Both the position numbers and the translations under genes were made by a program. From the human T2T-CHM13v2.0 reference genome, Homo sapiens, in the NCBI RefSeq assembly GCF_009914755.1, contig NC_060925.1: a stretch of DNA of 64,000 nucleotides; one strand, 5' to 3'. Of this stretch, positions 45,860-58,890 are shown one piece after another (the stretch's first letter is position 1; every line of letters begins with the position of its first letter). A model generated the notes under the pieces. The model was not told the DNA's origin, did not search any database, and was given only the letters and a program-made list of their open reading frames with translations.

Positions 45860-46485
45860 CCATTTATTCTCACTCCCTGTACTATTTACGTTCTGTAAAA
45901 TCTCCACAAAGGTAGATTTAGCAAATAATGAACAATTGACACCACACAAAATTTAACGTTAGATTTCTGTAAGCCTCTGGTCACAATATTTTGATAAACT
46001 GATTAAGATATAACCTTGTTTTATGAGTGTTTATATTTAAATATGATTGTTTAATATATATTGTTGATTCATTAACACTGAACTCACAAGCAACAGCACC
46101 TACCCTTGTGTGTAAATGAAGCTTATCTAACATGTATTTTCTCTGTAAATGAGATGATCACAGTCTTTTTGTTCCTAGTAACACTAGATGGTACTTCTGT
46201 ACTATGCCTGGGGATTATTTTAAACAGAAAAATCATCAACAGAGAACACAATAAGGAAAAAACATGGCATTAGATAGGTCATGAAATGGACATTTACAGT
46301 ATGAGAGCTGAAACAAGATGGTAGAGTTTTGCCTTGTTCTCCTTTAGCTGGGAACATGCATACCAGGGGCTCGAATTTTTCATTGCTCTATGAATAGCTA
46401 TGAGTATTGATTGTGAAGTTACAAATACGTTTACTATGTAGGCAAATTCACAAATATGAATTATTGAATAATGAGGGTCAAATGT
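45860..46485 (-). mobile_element. MER82 (Tigger-family DNA transposon)
   Basis: tttacagtatgagagctgaaacaaga, agctgggaacatgc and gtaggcaaattcacaaatatg...taatgagg match MER82. Confidence 0.8.
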
Positions 46486-46502
46486 ATATATATATGTATG
46501 TA

Positions 46503-48388
46503 CAGCGATATGCTGCATAATATTTAGTCAATGATAGAATGAATGTATAATGGTGGTCTCTTAAGATCATAATAAAGATGAAAAATTTGTATTGCCTGGT
46601 TACATCATAACCATTGCTAACATCATAGCCCAAAGCATTATTCATGTGTTTCTGTTGATGCTGGTGTAACAAGGCTACTCCACTGCCAGTTATAGAAAAG
46701 TAGAGCACATATATTTATGTATAGTATATTGCAATACTTGATAATAATAATAAACTATGTCATTGATGTATGTATTTATCATACTCTATTTTTAGCTTTA
46801 TTTCAGTGTAAAATTCTACTTATTTATATAAAAAAAGAAAATGTTAACTCTAGAGCAGCTTCAGGCAGGTCTTTGCCAAGGCCTTCCAAAAGAAGGTAGT
46901 GTTTTCACAGGAGATGACAGCCCCATATGTGTTATTTCCCTTGAAGACTTCTCAGTGGGACAGGATGTGGAACAGTGATATTGATGCTCCTGACCCTGTG
47001 TAGGCCTACCCTAATGTGTATGTTTGTGTCTTTGTTTTTAACAACAAATTTTCAAAGAATTAAAGATTTAAAAATAGAAGAAAGAGAATTAGGATATAAA
47101 GAATGTTTTTATACAGTTACGTGATGTGTTTGTGTTTTAAGCTACACGTTATTACAAAAGTCAAAAAGTTAAAAATCTTATTAAGTAAAAAATTCCATTC
47201 TAACTGGTGTGAGATGGTATCTCATTGTGGTTTTGAGTCAGGAAACAACAGGTGCTGGAGAGGATGTGGAGAAATAGGAACACTTTTACACTGTTGGTGG
47301 GACTGTAAACTAGTTCAACCATTGTGGAAGTCAGTGTGGCGATTCCTCAGGAATCTAGAACTAGAAATACCATTTGACCCAGCCATCCCATTACTGGGTA
47401 TATACCCAAAGGATTATAAATCATGCTGCTATAAAGATACACGTACACGTATGTTTATTGAGGCACTATTCACAATAGCAAAGACTTGGAACTAACCCAA
47501 ATGTCCAAAAATGATAGACTGGATTAAGAAAATGTGGCACATATACACCATGGAATATATGCAGCCATAAAAAATGATGAGTTCATGTCCTTTGTAGGGA
47601 CATGGGTGAAACTGGAAATCATCATTCTCAGCAAACTATCGCAAGGACAAAAAACCAAACACCGCATGTTCTCACTCATAGGTGGGAATTGAACAACGAG
47701 AACACATGGACACAGGAAGGGGAACATCACACCCCGAGGACTGTTGTGGGGTGGCGGAAGGGGGGAGGGATAGCATTAGGAGATATAACTAATGCTGAAT
47801 GACGAGTTAATGGGTGCAGTACACCAACATTGCACATGTATACATATGTAACAAACCTGCACATTGTGCACATATACCCTAAAACTTAAAGTATAATAAT
47901 AATAAAAAAATCCATTAAACTAAAGTTATTATTTAAGACAGAATTTTTAAAATAAATATATTGTAACCTAGGTGTACAGCATTTATAAAGCCTACAGTTG
48001 TGTATAATAATGTTCTAGGCCTTCACATTCACTCTCCATTCACTCAGTGACTCATCCAGACTAACTTCCAAGCGTGCACGTTCTATTTATGGTAAGGACA
48101 TAGCATGCCATTTTGCATCTTTTATATTGCATTTGCACTGTACTTTTTCTGTGTTTAGATATTTAGATATTCAAATACCATTGTGCTACAATTGCCTAAT
48201 CTACTAAGAACAGTAACACGCTGTACAAGTTTGCAGCCAAAGAGCAATAGATTATACCATATAATCTATGTGTGTAGTAGGCTATCCCATTTGTTTTGTG
48301 TAAGTACCCTCTATGATAGTCCCACCACAAAATCACCTAACAATGCATATCTCAGAATGTATTCCCATCGTTAAGTAAGATAGGACTG
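46503..48388 (+). mobile_element. Tigger3b (MER7/Golem) DNA transposon interrupted by an L1PA
   Basis: TA|CAG...tgctgcataa and cgttaagtaagataggaCTG|TA termini; internal caggagatgacagc, cctgaccctgtgtaggcct. Confidence 0.88.
47195..47910 (+). mobile_element. 5'-truncated L1PA3/4 with a 42-bp 5' inversion
   Basis: Antisense 47195-47236, then sense ORF2 C-terminus and 3'UTR; TSD AAAAAA(T/A)TCCATT. Confidence 0.95.
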
Positions 48389-48389
48389 T

Positions 48390-48720
48390 ATTTATATGTG
48401 AGAATCACTGTACGTGTGTGTATATGTGTATTAGAAATATGTACATAAGTGTTTGTTATATATAATATATAGATAAATATGCATATGAATAGATTTCATA
48501 TATATTATGCCTACATAAGTATATGTATACATATTCACTGTATGAGTATATTTATTACATATGCCCATAAGGATATGTTATATACAATACACATATTAGT
48601 ATGTATGCATATTTAACTGTATATATTTGTGTAAGTAAAATATGTATACATAATATACAAATATATATGTAAGGTCATAAAAATGTACTAGTTATAACTG
48701 TTCATTTAAAAAATACATAT
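48390..48720. repeat. TA/TG-rich low-complexity tract
   Basis: Direct read. Confidence 0.8.
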
Positions 48721-49410
48721 GAAGATAACAATGAAATTCTTCTATACAGCCACTAGGATGGCTAAAAGTATATAACACTTGTAATACCAGATGCATGTGA
48801 GGACACAGTATATTTTATATCACTAGTAGAAATGTGAAATATTAAGATAATTTTTAGGGTACAGACATATGCAATAATATTATAAAACATCAAGGGTTTG
48901 TTACCAAATTTGAATTAGGGCTTCATTCCAAGAGGAAGTAGAGAGATGTGATATTTTGAATCACAAAGATTATTGACAATAGACAGTTTCTAGCCAATGG
49001 TGTCATATAGAGGTATAGTTGCTTTAAACTTTATGCTACAGTTTTAATGTATGCCACATACATCCGCATACACAATACATAATAGTAAAATAAATCCCTA
49101 CCAGATACACTATGTGCATTTTTCTACTTCCCTGAAGATCATAAAGTTAAAGGATGAAAAGTGAGTCACTGCATGTAGAATAAGCAAGATTTTTTTGGTT
49201 CTAAAGGGAGTTCCAACATTCCTAAAATTTGGCACCCATAAGGAATTAGAACCTGCTTAGGTATACATATCTATTCATTAGTATGCAGATCAGATTTCAC
49301 AGCTTTCTTTTGAAGCAGTGGATCCCAATTATGAGTTGGATTCTTATGTGGATCCTACATCCATGCCTCAAAATTCTCCTTTGATTACACTCCAACTAGA
49401 AAATAATCCA

Positions 49411-49719
49411 GTTTTGTTTGTTTTGTTTTTTTTTGTTTTGTTTTGAGTCTCTCTCTGTCACCCAGGCTTGAGTGCAATAGCACTATCTTGACTCACTGCA
49501 ACCTCTGCCTCCTGGGTTAAGCGATTCTTCTGCCTCAGCCTACTGAGTGGCTGGGATTATAGATGCCCACCATCACACCTGACAAATTTCTGTATTTTCA
49601 GTAGAGATAGGGTTTTGCCATGTTGACCAGGCTTGTCTTCAACTCCCAACTTCAAGATATCTGCCTGTTTCAGCCTTTCAAAGTGCTGGGATTACAGGCT
49701 TGAGCCATCATGCCTGACC
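49411..49719 (-). mobile_element. AluS/J element at the 5' junction of the L1PA16/17
   Basis: Full dimer with a (GTTTT)n tail; TSD AATAATC(C/T)AGTTTT at 49402 and 49720. Confidence 0.93.
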
Positions 49720-51422
49720 AATAATCTAGTTTTTGTGTATAAAGGTATTCACAGTAGTTTCTGATGGTTGCTTTTATTTGTATTTCTGTGGGGTCCATAG
49801 TGACATTCCCTTCATCATTTCTAACTGTGTTTATTTGAATTTTTTCCTGTCTTATTTATTAATCTAACTAGTGGCCCATCTATTTTATTAATTTCTTCAA
49901 AAAAATCCTGAATTTGTTGATCTTTTGAATATCTGTATCTCAATTTCCTTTAGTTCAGCTCTGATTTTGGTTATTTCTCATCTGCTAGCTTTGGGGTTGA
50001 TTTGTTCTTGCTTCTCTGATTCTTTCAGTTGTGAAGTCAGGTTGTTAATTTAAGATCTTCCTAATTTTTGAATCTGAGCATTTAGTGCTATGAATTTCCC
50101 TCTCAACACTGCCTTAGCTGTGTCACAGAGAATCTGGGGTGTTGTATCTTTGTCTTATTATTTTCAAAGACCGTTTTTTAATTTCTGCCTTAATTTTATT
50201 AATTACCCAAAAGTCATTCAGGGACATGCTTAATTTTCATGTAATTGCATGGTTTTGAGTGTTTTTCATAGTCTTCTATTTTTATTGTGCTTTGTTCCAA
50301 GAGTGTTTTGGTATGATTTCAATTCTTTCACATTTGTCAAGGATTGTTTTATGTCTATTTATGTGGTTAATTTTAGACTATGTGCCATATAGCAATGAGA
50401 AGAATGAATATTCTGTTGTTTTTGAGTGGAGAGTTCTGCAATGGTCTATCAGATCAATTTGGTCAAATGTTGAGTTTAGGTCCATAATATCTTTTTAAAT
50501 TGTCTGCCTTGATAATCTGTCTAATACTGTCAGTGGCATGTGGAAGTCTCCCACTATTATTGTGTGGGAGCCTATGTCTCTTTGTAAGTCTCTAAGAAGT
50601 TGCTTTATGAATCTGGGTGCCCCTGGATTGGATGCATATATATTTAAAATAGTTAGGTATTTTTGTTGAATTGAACATTGTATCATTAGGTAACACATTA
50701 CTTTGTATTTTTTTTTGTATTTGTTGGTTTGAAATCTGTTTGTCTGAAATTAGGATTGCAACTTCTGCTTTTTCCTGTTTTCCATTTGCTTGGTAGATTT
50801 TCCTTCATCCTTTATTTGAGCCTATGAATATCATGCATGTGATGAGTCTGTTGAAGACAGCATACCATTGGGCCTTGTTTTTTTTATCCAGCTTGCCACT
50901 CTGTACCTTTCAATTTGGGCATTTAGCCCATTTACATTCAAGGTTAGTATTGATATGTGTGGATTTGATCCTGTCATTGTGCTGTTAGCTGGTTATTATG
51001 TTGGTTTGTTTGTGTGGTTGCTTTACAGTGACACTGGTCTGTGTGTTTAAGTGTGTTTTTGTTTTAGCTGGTAGTGATCTTTCTATTCTATATTTAGTGT
51101 TTTTTTCTATCCACATAAACTAGAAAATCTAGAAGAGATGGATAAATTCCTGGACACATACTCCCTCTGAAGACTGAGCCAGGAAGAAATGGATTCCCTG
51201 AACAAACAAATAACAAGCTCAAAAAGTGAATTAGTAATAAATAATCTACCAATCAAAAAATATCTACGACCTGATGGATTCACAGACAAATTCTATCAGA
51301 TGTACAAAAAGAGCTGATATCATTCCTACCGAAAATATTCCAAAAACTTGAGAAGTGAAGAAGTGATTCCTCCCCAATCATTCTTTGAAGCCACCATTAT
51401 CTTGATACAAAAACCTGGCATG

Positions 51423-51438
51423 CACACACACACACACA

Positions 51439-51469
<31 letters not shown>

Positions 51470-51470
51470 C
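51423..51470. repeat. (CA)n microsatellite inside L1 ORF2
   Basis: Direct read; one interruption. Confidence 0.95.
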
Positions 51471-52571
51471 AAATTCAGACCAATATATTTGATTAACACA
51501 AATGCAAAAATTCCTAACAAAATACTTACAAACTGAATCTAGCAGGACATCAAAAAGCTAATCCACCACAAGCAAGTAGGCTTCATCTTTGACATGCAAG
51601 GCTGGTTCAACATACACAAATGAATAAATGTGATTCATCACATAAACAGAACGTAAGACAAATAATACATGATTATCTCAATAGATACATAAAATGCAAT
51701 AAAATTCAACACCCCTTCATATTAAAAACTCTCAATAAACTAGGTTTTGAATGATCATACTTCAAAAGAATAAGAGCCATCTATGACAATCCCATAGCCA
51801 ACATTATATGGAATGAGGAAAAGCTGGACGCATTCCCCTTGAAAACCAACACAAGACAAGGATGACCTCTATCACCACTTTTATTCAATGTAGTATTGGA
51901 ATTCCATGCTAAAGCCATCAGGTAAAAGAAAGAACTTAAGGCATTCAGATAGAAAGAGAGGAAGTCAACTATCTCTGTTTGCAGATGACATGATTCTACA
52001 TCTATAAAACCCCACTTTCTTGGCCCCAAAGCACCTCTTGCTGAAATACAACTTCAGCAATTTTTTTTGCAGGATGCAAAAATTGCTAGCATTCCTATAC
52101 GTCAAAAACAGCCAAACCAAGAGCCAAATGAGACAGACAATCTCATTCACAATTGTCACAAAAAGAATAAAATACCTAAGGATACAGCTCACCAGGAAGG
52201 TAAAAGACCTCTACAATGAGAGTTATAAAACACTCCTCATAGAAATCAGAGAAGACACAAACAAGTGGAAAAACACTCCATGCTCATGGATAGGAAGAAT
52301 CAATATTATTAAAATGGCCATACTACCTGAAGCAATTTATAGATTCAATGTTATTACTATCAAACTACCAATGACATTCTTCACAGAACTAGAAAATCTA
52401 TTTTGAAATTCATATGGAACCAAAAAAGGAGCCCTAACAGCCAAAGTAATCCTAAGCAAAATGAACAATGCTGGAGGCATCATGTTACCTGACTTCAAAC
52501 TAAACTACAATGCTACAGTAACCAAAGCAGCATGGTACTGGTACAAAAACAGGCACACAGGCCAATGGAAT

Positions 52572-52958
52572 TGTATTAGTCCATTTTCACACTGCTATAA
52601 AGAACTACCAGAGACTGTGTAATTTACAAAGAGAAGAGGTTTAAATGATCCACAGTTCTTCATGGCTGGGGAGGCCTCAGGAAACTTATAATCATCCCAG
52701 AAGACAAAGAGGAAGCAAGCGCTTTATTCACAAGGTAGTGAGAGAGAGAGAGAGAGGGAGAGAGAGACTAAGGTGAAGGGGAAATGCCACACTTTTAAAC
52801 CATCAGATCACATGAGAACTCACTCACTATCATGAAAACAGCATGAGAGACACTGCCCCCCATAATCCAATCACCTTCCACCAGGTCCTTCCTTCTACAC
52901 GTGGAAGGTTACAATTTTAGATGAGATTTGGGTAGGGACACACAGCTAAACCACATTG
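52572..52958 (-). mobile_element. THE1D-like MaLR solo LTR inserted in L1 ORF2
   Basis: TGTATTAGTCCATTTTCACACTGCTATAAAG...GAGATTTGGGTAGGGACAC; 5-bp TSD GGAAT/GGAAC. Confidence 0.9.
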
Positions 52959-53026
52959 GGAACACAGTAGAGAGACCAGAAATAAGGTCCCACATTGGGA
53001 ACACAGTAGAGAGACCAGAAATAAGG
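52951..53026. repeat. 39-bp-period tandem duplication
   Basis: CCACATTGGGAACACAGTAGAGAGACCAGAAATAAGG at 52951 and 52990. Confidence 0.95.
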
Positions 53027-54132
53027 ACACACATCTACGATCACCTGATCTTTAACATAGCTGACAAAAACGGGCAATGAGGAAAAGACTCCCTATTCAA
53101 TAAATGGTGCCAGCATTTACTGGGATAACTGGTTAGCCATATGCAGAAGATTGAATCTGGACACCTTCCTTACACCATATAAAAAAATCAACACAAGATG
53201 GATTAAAGACTTAAATGAAAAACCCAAAACTACAAAAACGCTGGGAGGCAATATCATCCTGGAAACAGGAATGAACAAAGATTTCATGACTAAGACACCA
53301 AAAGCAATCACAACAAAAGCACAAATTGACAAGTGGAATGTAATTAAACTTAAGAGATTCTGCATGGTCAAATAAACTATTAATAGAGTAAACAACCTAC
53401 AAAATGGGAAAAATATTTGCAAACTATGCATCTGAGAAATGTCTAATATCCAACATCTATAAGGAACTTAAATTTACAAGAGAAAAACAACCCATTAAAA
53501 AGCGGGCAAATAACATGAATAGACACTGCTCAAAAGAAGACACAAATGTGGCCAACATGCATGTGAAGAAAAGCTCAATATCAGTGATCATTAGAGAAAT
53601 GCAAATCAAAACCACAGTGAGGTACCATCTCACACCAGTCAGAATGGCTATTATTAAAAAGCAAAAAAGTACCAGATGCTGGTGAGGTTGCAGAGAAAAG
53701 GAAACACTTGTACACCATTGATGGGAACCTAAATTATTTCAACCATTGTGGAAAGCAGTGTGGCAATTTCTCAAAAAGCTAAAAGAAGAAATACAATTAG
53801 ACACAGTACATATTACTGGGTACATACCCAGATAAATATACATTATCCTACCATAAAGACATGTGCATGTGAATGTTCATTGCAGCACTCTTCACAATAG
53901 CAAAGACATGGAATTAATCTAAATGCCCATCAAAGGCAGATTGGTTAAAGAGAATGTGGTACATATACACCATGGAATACTCTGCAGCCACACAAAATAA
54001 TGAGATCATGTCTTTTGCAAGAACATGGATGGAGCTGGAGGCTATTATCCTTAGCAAACTATCACAGGAAGAGAAAACCAAATACTGCATGTTCTCACTT
54101 ATAAGTGGGAGCTAAATAATAAGAACTTATGA

Positions 54133-54174
54133 ACACAAAAAAGAAAACAACAGACACAAAAAAGAAAACAACAG
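54133..54174. repeat. Perfect 21-bp tandem duplication in the L1 3'UTR
   Basis: ACACAAAAAAGAAAACAACAG x2. Confidence 0.95.
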
Positions 54175-54593
54175 ACACTAAGGTCTTCTCAATGGGGGGT
54201 GGTTGAGAGGAGACAGAAATACAGAAAAGATAATGCTTGGATACTGTGCTTAATAAGTGGGTGATAAAGTAATATTTACAAGAAACCTCATGACACATGT
54301 TTATCTATGTAACAAACCTCCACATGCAGCCCCAAAGCTAAAATAAAAGTTAAAATAATTAAAATTAAAAAAAGAAAATAATCTGCTCCTGATATATCAC
54401 ACATGCTCAGGAGCTTATCAAACTGCTCTGCTTTTACCAGTTTATTAACATCTTGTTAGTTAAAAGTGAGTCAGAGTAGTATCTTCTGTCCTGACAGAGA
54501 GTGAAAAGGAGTAAATATTTGCTAAATAGTAACACAATTTCTCAAAGATGGAGATGACCTAAAGTGGAAGTTAGGCAATACTTTTTAAACATA

Positions 54594-55680
54594 TGTTGCA
54601 GGAAGTCAGAGACCCTGAATGGAGAGGCCAGCTGGAGCCACGTCAGAGGAACATAAATTGTAAAGATTTCATGGACATTTATGAGTTCCCAAATAACACA
54701 TTTTTAATTTCTTATGCCTGTCTTTACTTTAATCTCTTAATCCTGTTATCTTCATAAGCTGAGGACGTACATCACCTCAGGACCACTGTGATAATTGTGT
54801 TAACTGTACAAATTGATTGTAAAACATGTGTGTTTGAACAATATGAAATCAGTGCACCTCGAAAAAGAACAGAATAACAGCAATTTTTAGGGAACAAGGG
54901 AAGACAACCATAAGGTCTGACTGCTTGCAGGGTTGGGCAAAAAGAGCCATATTTTTCTCCTTGCACAGAGCCTATAAACGGATGTGCAAGTAGGGAAGAT
55001 ACCACTCAATTCTTTTCCTAGCAAGGAATATTAATATGAATACCCTGGGAAAGGAATGCATTCCTGTGGGGAGGTCTATAAACGGCCACTCTGGGAATGT
55101 CTATTTATGCAGTTGAGATAAGGACTGAGATACGCCCTGGTCTCCTGCAGAACCCTCAGGCTTACTAGGCTGGGGAAAAACTCCGCCCTGGTAAATTTGT
55201 GGTCAGACAGGTTCTCTACTCTGGAACCCTGTTTTCTATTGTTTAAGATGTTTATCAAGACAATATGTGCACCGCTGAACATAGACCCTTATCAGTGGTT
55301 CTGCTTTTGCCCTTTGCCTTGTGATCTTTGTTGGACCCTTATCAGTAGTTCTGCTTTTGCCCTTTGTCCTGTTCCCTCAGAAGCATGTGATCTTTGTTAG
55401 ACCCTTACTAGTAGTTCTGCTTTTTGCCCTTTGAAGCATGTGATCTTTGTACCTATTCCCTGTTCTTACACCCCTTCCCCTTTTTGAACTCTTAGTAAAA
55501 ACTTGCTGGTCTGAGACTCAGGTAGGCCTCACTGTCCTACCAATATGTGATGTCACCCCTGGCGGTCCAGCTATAAAATTTCTCTCTTTGTACTGTCTCT
55601 CTTTATTTCTCAGCTGGCCTACACGTACGGAAAATTGAGAGAACCTATGTTGAAGTATTGGGGGTGGGGTTCCCCCAATA
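54594..55680 (+). mobile_element. MER11A-like solo LTR (HERV-K11/HML-8), complete
   Basis: TGTTGCAGGAAGTCAG...GGTTCCCCCAATA, 1087 bp; perfect 6-bp TSD AACATA (54588-54593, 55681-55686); internal repeats of about 50-60 bp. Confidence 0.95.
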
Positions 55681-56919
55681 AACATAAGATCATCTTTCAC
55701 TTTTATAATCATCTTTTATTATATGTCAAACTAAACTGTAAGGAAAACTATAGTGACACACACATAGACATATATATTCACTTTAAAAGAATATAATAGA
55801 TGTATATATTTCTGGTAAATATAGTACTATATTTTTGAGTTATAATTCCTACACATTTTAAAATTGGGAACGTGTTGTTAAGGCATAAAGTAACAAAATT
55901 TGAATAATTGTATAAGTGTTCACATATCTCTGTTAAAAACTTTTGGTGAAAGGAGAAAAATCAGAAAGCATTTATTCTTTCATGCATTTCATGTACAGGT
56001 ATTTATTATGTTATACCTATATTCTATATATATGTTTAGGCATAGAGACTGATATTTTGCAATTGATTTATGATTTCTTGGCTTCAGAAATTAATTTTTA
56101 ATCCCATGGATCATTTTATATTTTTTATTAAGCTTTTTCTGTGAAATGTGTCAAATATTCTTTGAAAATAATATAATTTTACTTTTAGACTATAAGTTTA
56201 CTTAGGCTTATAGTTGTTCAATGCCAATATGCAAAATATTTAAGGAATAGCATCATTCTAATAAATAAAGAACTCAAATGGAATAATTTCTAAATTTGCG
56301 TACCAGTCAGGAGAGTCTGAATTAGCCTGCTTCACTGTTTGGAAATGAAAATGCATCACTAAAATAAAAAGTAAATTCAAGAAAATAAACTTTATTTAGT
56401 CAGGATAATCTAACCTGTAATATATAGCCTATTTACACATCTACATAACAATTATTTTCAATTAAAAATCTGATTTGGTAATAACGTACAAAAATGATAA
56501 ATAGGGTAATCATGTAAGATATCATGATTATATTTACTTCTAATGTTTTCCTAAGTATCACCCAGGTAAATTTTACTACCCCAATCTTGGATATAAGGAA
56601 ATTTAAGGTAAAAATTTAAGAAGATGCTGTTGCAATGGCTTATTAGTTCTCTAGTTAATAGCAGGCATTACATAACTCTGCTGTTAAGGAGATTAAAATA
56701 TACAGAACTGACTGCTTTGTCACGTGAATCAGATTCATAGTAGCCACTGGTGAGAGACAAATTAATCTTGTCTCCTTACAATGCCTATTCATCTTTCAAT
56801 GGTCCATTTCAATAATACCTGCTTGAAGAAATCTTATTGTTTTTGGAAACAGAACTATTTATCTTCTAGTCTTAAACACTGTAATATATAGTATATTACA
56901 TTATACTCATATAATGTAT

Positions 56920-57040
56920 TTAATTTACTGCATATGTCTACTAAGATTAAATATTGAGTTTGGCAAGATAGGGACTATGTCTTATTGTCTTTTACACACC
57001 ATTATCTGCATGGATAAATCTTAATAAATGTTAACTGAGA
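56920..57040 (+). mobile_element. L2 3' end
   Basis: agggactatgtcttattgtc...cttaataaatgttaactga. Confidence 0.6.
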
Positions 57041-57396
57041 CAACTGTATATAAACTCCTATATATAAATTATATATAAACTCCTCTATGTGGACAATACA
57101 TAAAGTACATGAGGTAGAAATAATATCATATAGGGAAATTTTAAAAAGAAAGAAAAATAAGATGGAAGGAAATTATATTCCATTTCTTTTTTCCAATGCA
57201 TGATTTCGTATTAGGAAGTTAAGAAGCATAAATATGTTTCTAACTCTACATTAGTTTACCTCAAATTTGATAAAAATAGTATCCAATAAATAAGGAGTAA
57301 AATGAATTTAAAATGAGTGGCAATTAAATGGTGAATTGATGCTTTTGAAGTAGAAATGGAAGGAGGGAAACATGAGGAAATATAAATGTTAGGAGG

Positions 57397-57959
57397 TATT
57401 GGGGAGAGAAAACTTCTAATATCTTAGGCTTAGTGATTGTGGCTGCCAACTACAACGACAAAAGATTAACAGGAAAAATATTGGTACGTGTACAGGAGTT
57501 TAGAAAAGCAGTAGCTTGATACGTGGTTGAAGTTAGTGGCTTATATAGCCAACTTAGTAGGGAGAGCCAACTTAGACAAGGGAGACAGCAGACCAGGCCT
57601 TCGTGTGGAGAACTAACAGATTTCTTTAGCAAAGACAAAGCGGTTTCTAGAACAATTGGGAGATAAGTAAGTTTTTGATAATGCTTGTTTATGCAAGTGT
57701 GAGCGTCTTTCCCTTTTCTCCAAGGCCATAGAACTACCCTTGAAAGGGATTTTATGTTACATTTACTGTGTTCTCTTTCCTGAGAGTAAAAGCCCTCACA
57801 AAAAGAAAATTGATGGCAGCCTCATTTCCCAGAAGTTTCTGCATTTAGTCAGATAAGGGAAGCTCTGAGAAGGCTTCTTTCTCCATCTGTTGAATCCCAA
57901 ATGTGTTCAGCTTAAAATAATCTTTATACCAATTCTGCAGTTCAAAGCAGGTCCCCACA
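57397..57959 (-). mobile_element. ERV1-class solo LTR (MER90/MER89-like group; name uncertain)
   Basis: Minus strand starts TGTGGGGACC...GGTATAAAGATTATTTTAAGCTGAA; possible 4-bp TSD GAGG/GAGA. Confidence 0.7.
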
Positions 57960-58890
57960 GAGACAACTTTAAAAGCAGGCTTAAAATTTAGTTAGGAAAT
58001 TTGACAAGTTAGAGACTAGTATTGAATTACTGAATGGTTGTAAACAATGATGAAGTCTAAATAATAAGCAATACGAATAGATGCATTTTTCAGGGTCTCC
58101 GAGAGAATTCTGGACAGCATCCATTGTGTAAGAGGGAAGGTCTGTATCATTTTAAGGAGATTTCAATGGATCAGCTTTGAACATCTGTTCACATCTTTTA
58201 TAATTAATATGTGTTTGTTTGTTTGTTTCCAAAAGCAACACTGATTGGTGACTAAAGCCCAATTCAAACATTTCCTCCCTTTTGTTACTATCGTTAAAAT
58301 TCTATTGTAATATTCTGGCTTTTTTTTTTTTTTTTGGCACATGTAAGCTACCTGTGACAACAAAAACTGAGGAAAACAACTAACTACTAAAAACAAACAA
58401 ATACAAACTGGAAAGAGTTGATGCTGTCAGTGCTAGAATTTGATAACAATTTGCACTTAAACAAAAACAGTGTGTTGTGTTTTAAATTAGGCTATAATAA
58501 AGCGTCATGATTAAGATTATGGGACTTCTGGTCAAAAATATGTTGATTCTGTTGCTTTCAAGCATTACAAATCTATGCACTGTATTATAACAAAGTCACA
58601 TTGACTTTGAATGAAGGCCAAAAGAATGATGGTTTTAGTAGATAATATACAGGAATTATCACATTTTATAATTTATGGAAGCTTTTATTATTTGAAGATT
58701 TTTAAAAGTAAGTATAATTCATGCCATATATATAATTTTGTTTATTTTATTGGCCAGGTTTAGAATTTTTAATAAATAGTGTTGTGAAGGAATATAAAAA
58801 GTATAGTTAGGCTATTAAAATTGAGAGTATCTTCTGTTTTCCAATTATATCAGTTTTTTACAATCACACAGATTATATAAACCTGAAATT

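Larger units (their letters stand above)
49727..54372 (+). mobile_element. L1PA16/17-type LINE-1 with a 5' inversion (49727-51105 antisense; 51107-54372 sense)
   Basis: ORF2 remnants (ORFs 52020-52406, 53151-53685); 3'UTR with CAGAAAAGATAA; TSD AGAAAATAATC at 49398 and 54373. Confidence 0.92.

Noticed and set aside
47103-47495. 130-aa chimeric ORF (Tigger3b ATG, inverted L1, ORF2 zinc knuckle)
   Set aside because: An accidental in-frame fusion at the insertion junction; no promoter or other sign of expression.
55283-55450. Repeat-spacer-like pattern as a CRISPR array
   Set aside because: Internal tandem repeats of the MER11 LTR; eukaryotic context, no unique spacers, no cas genes.
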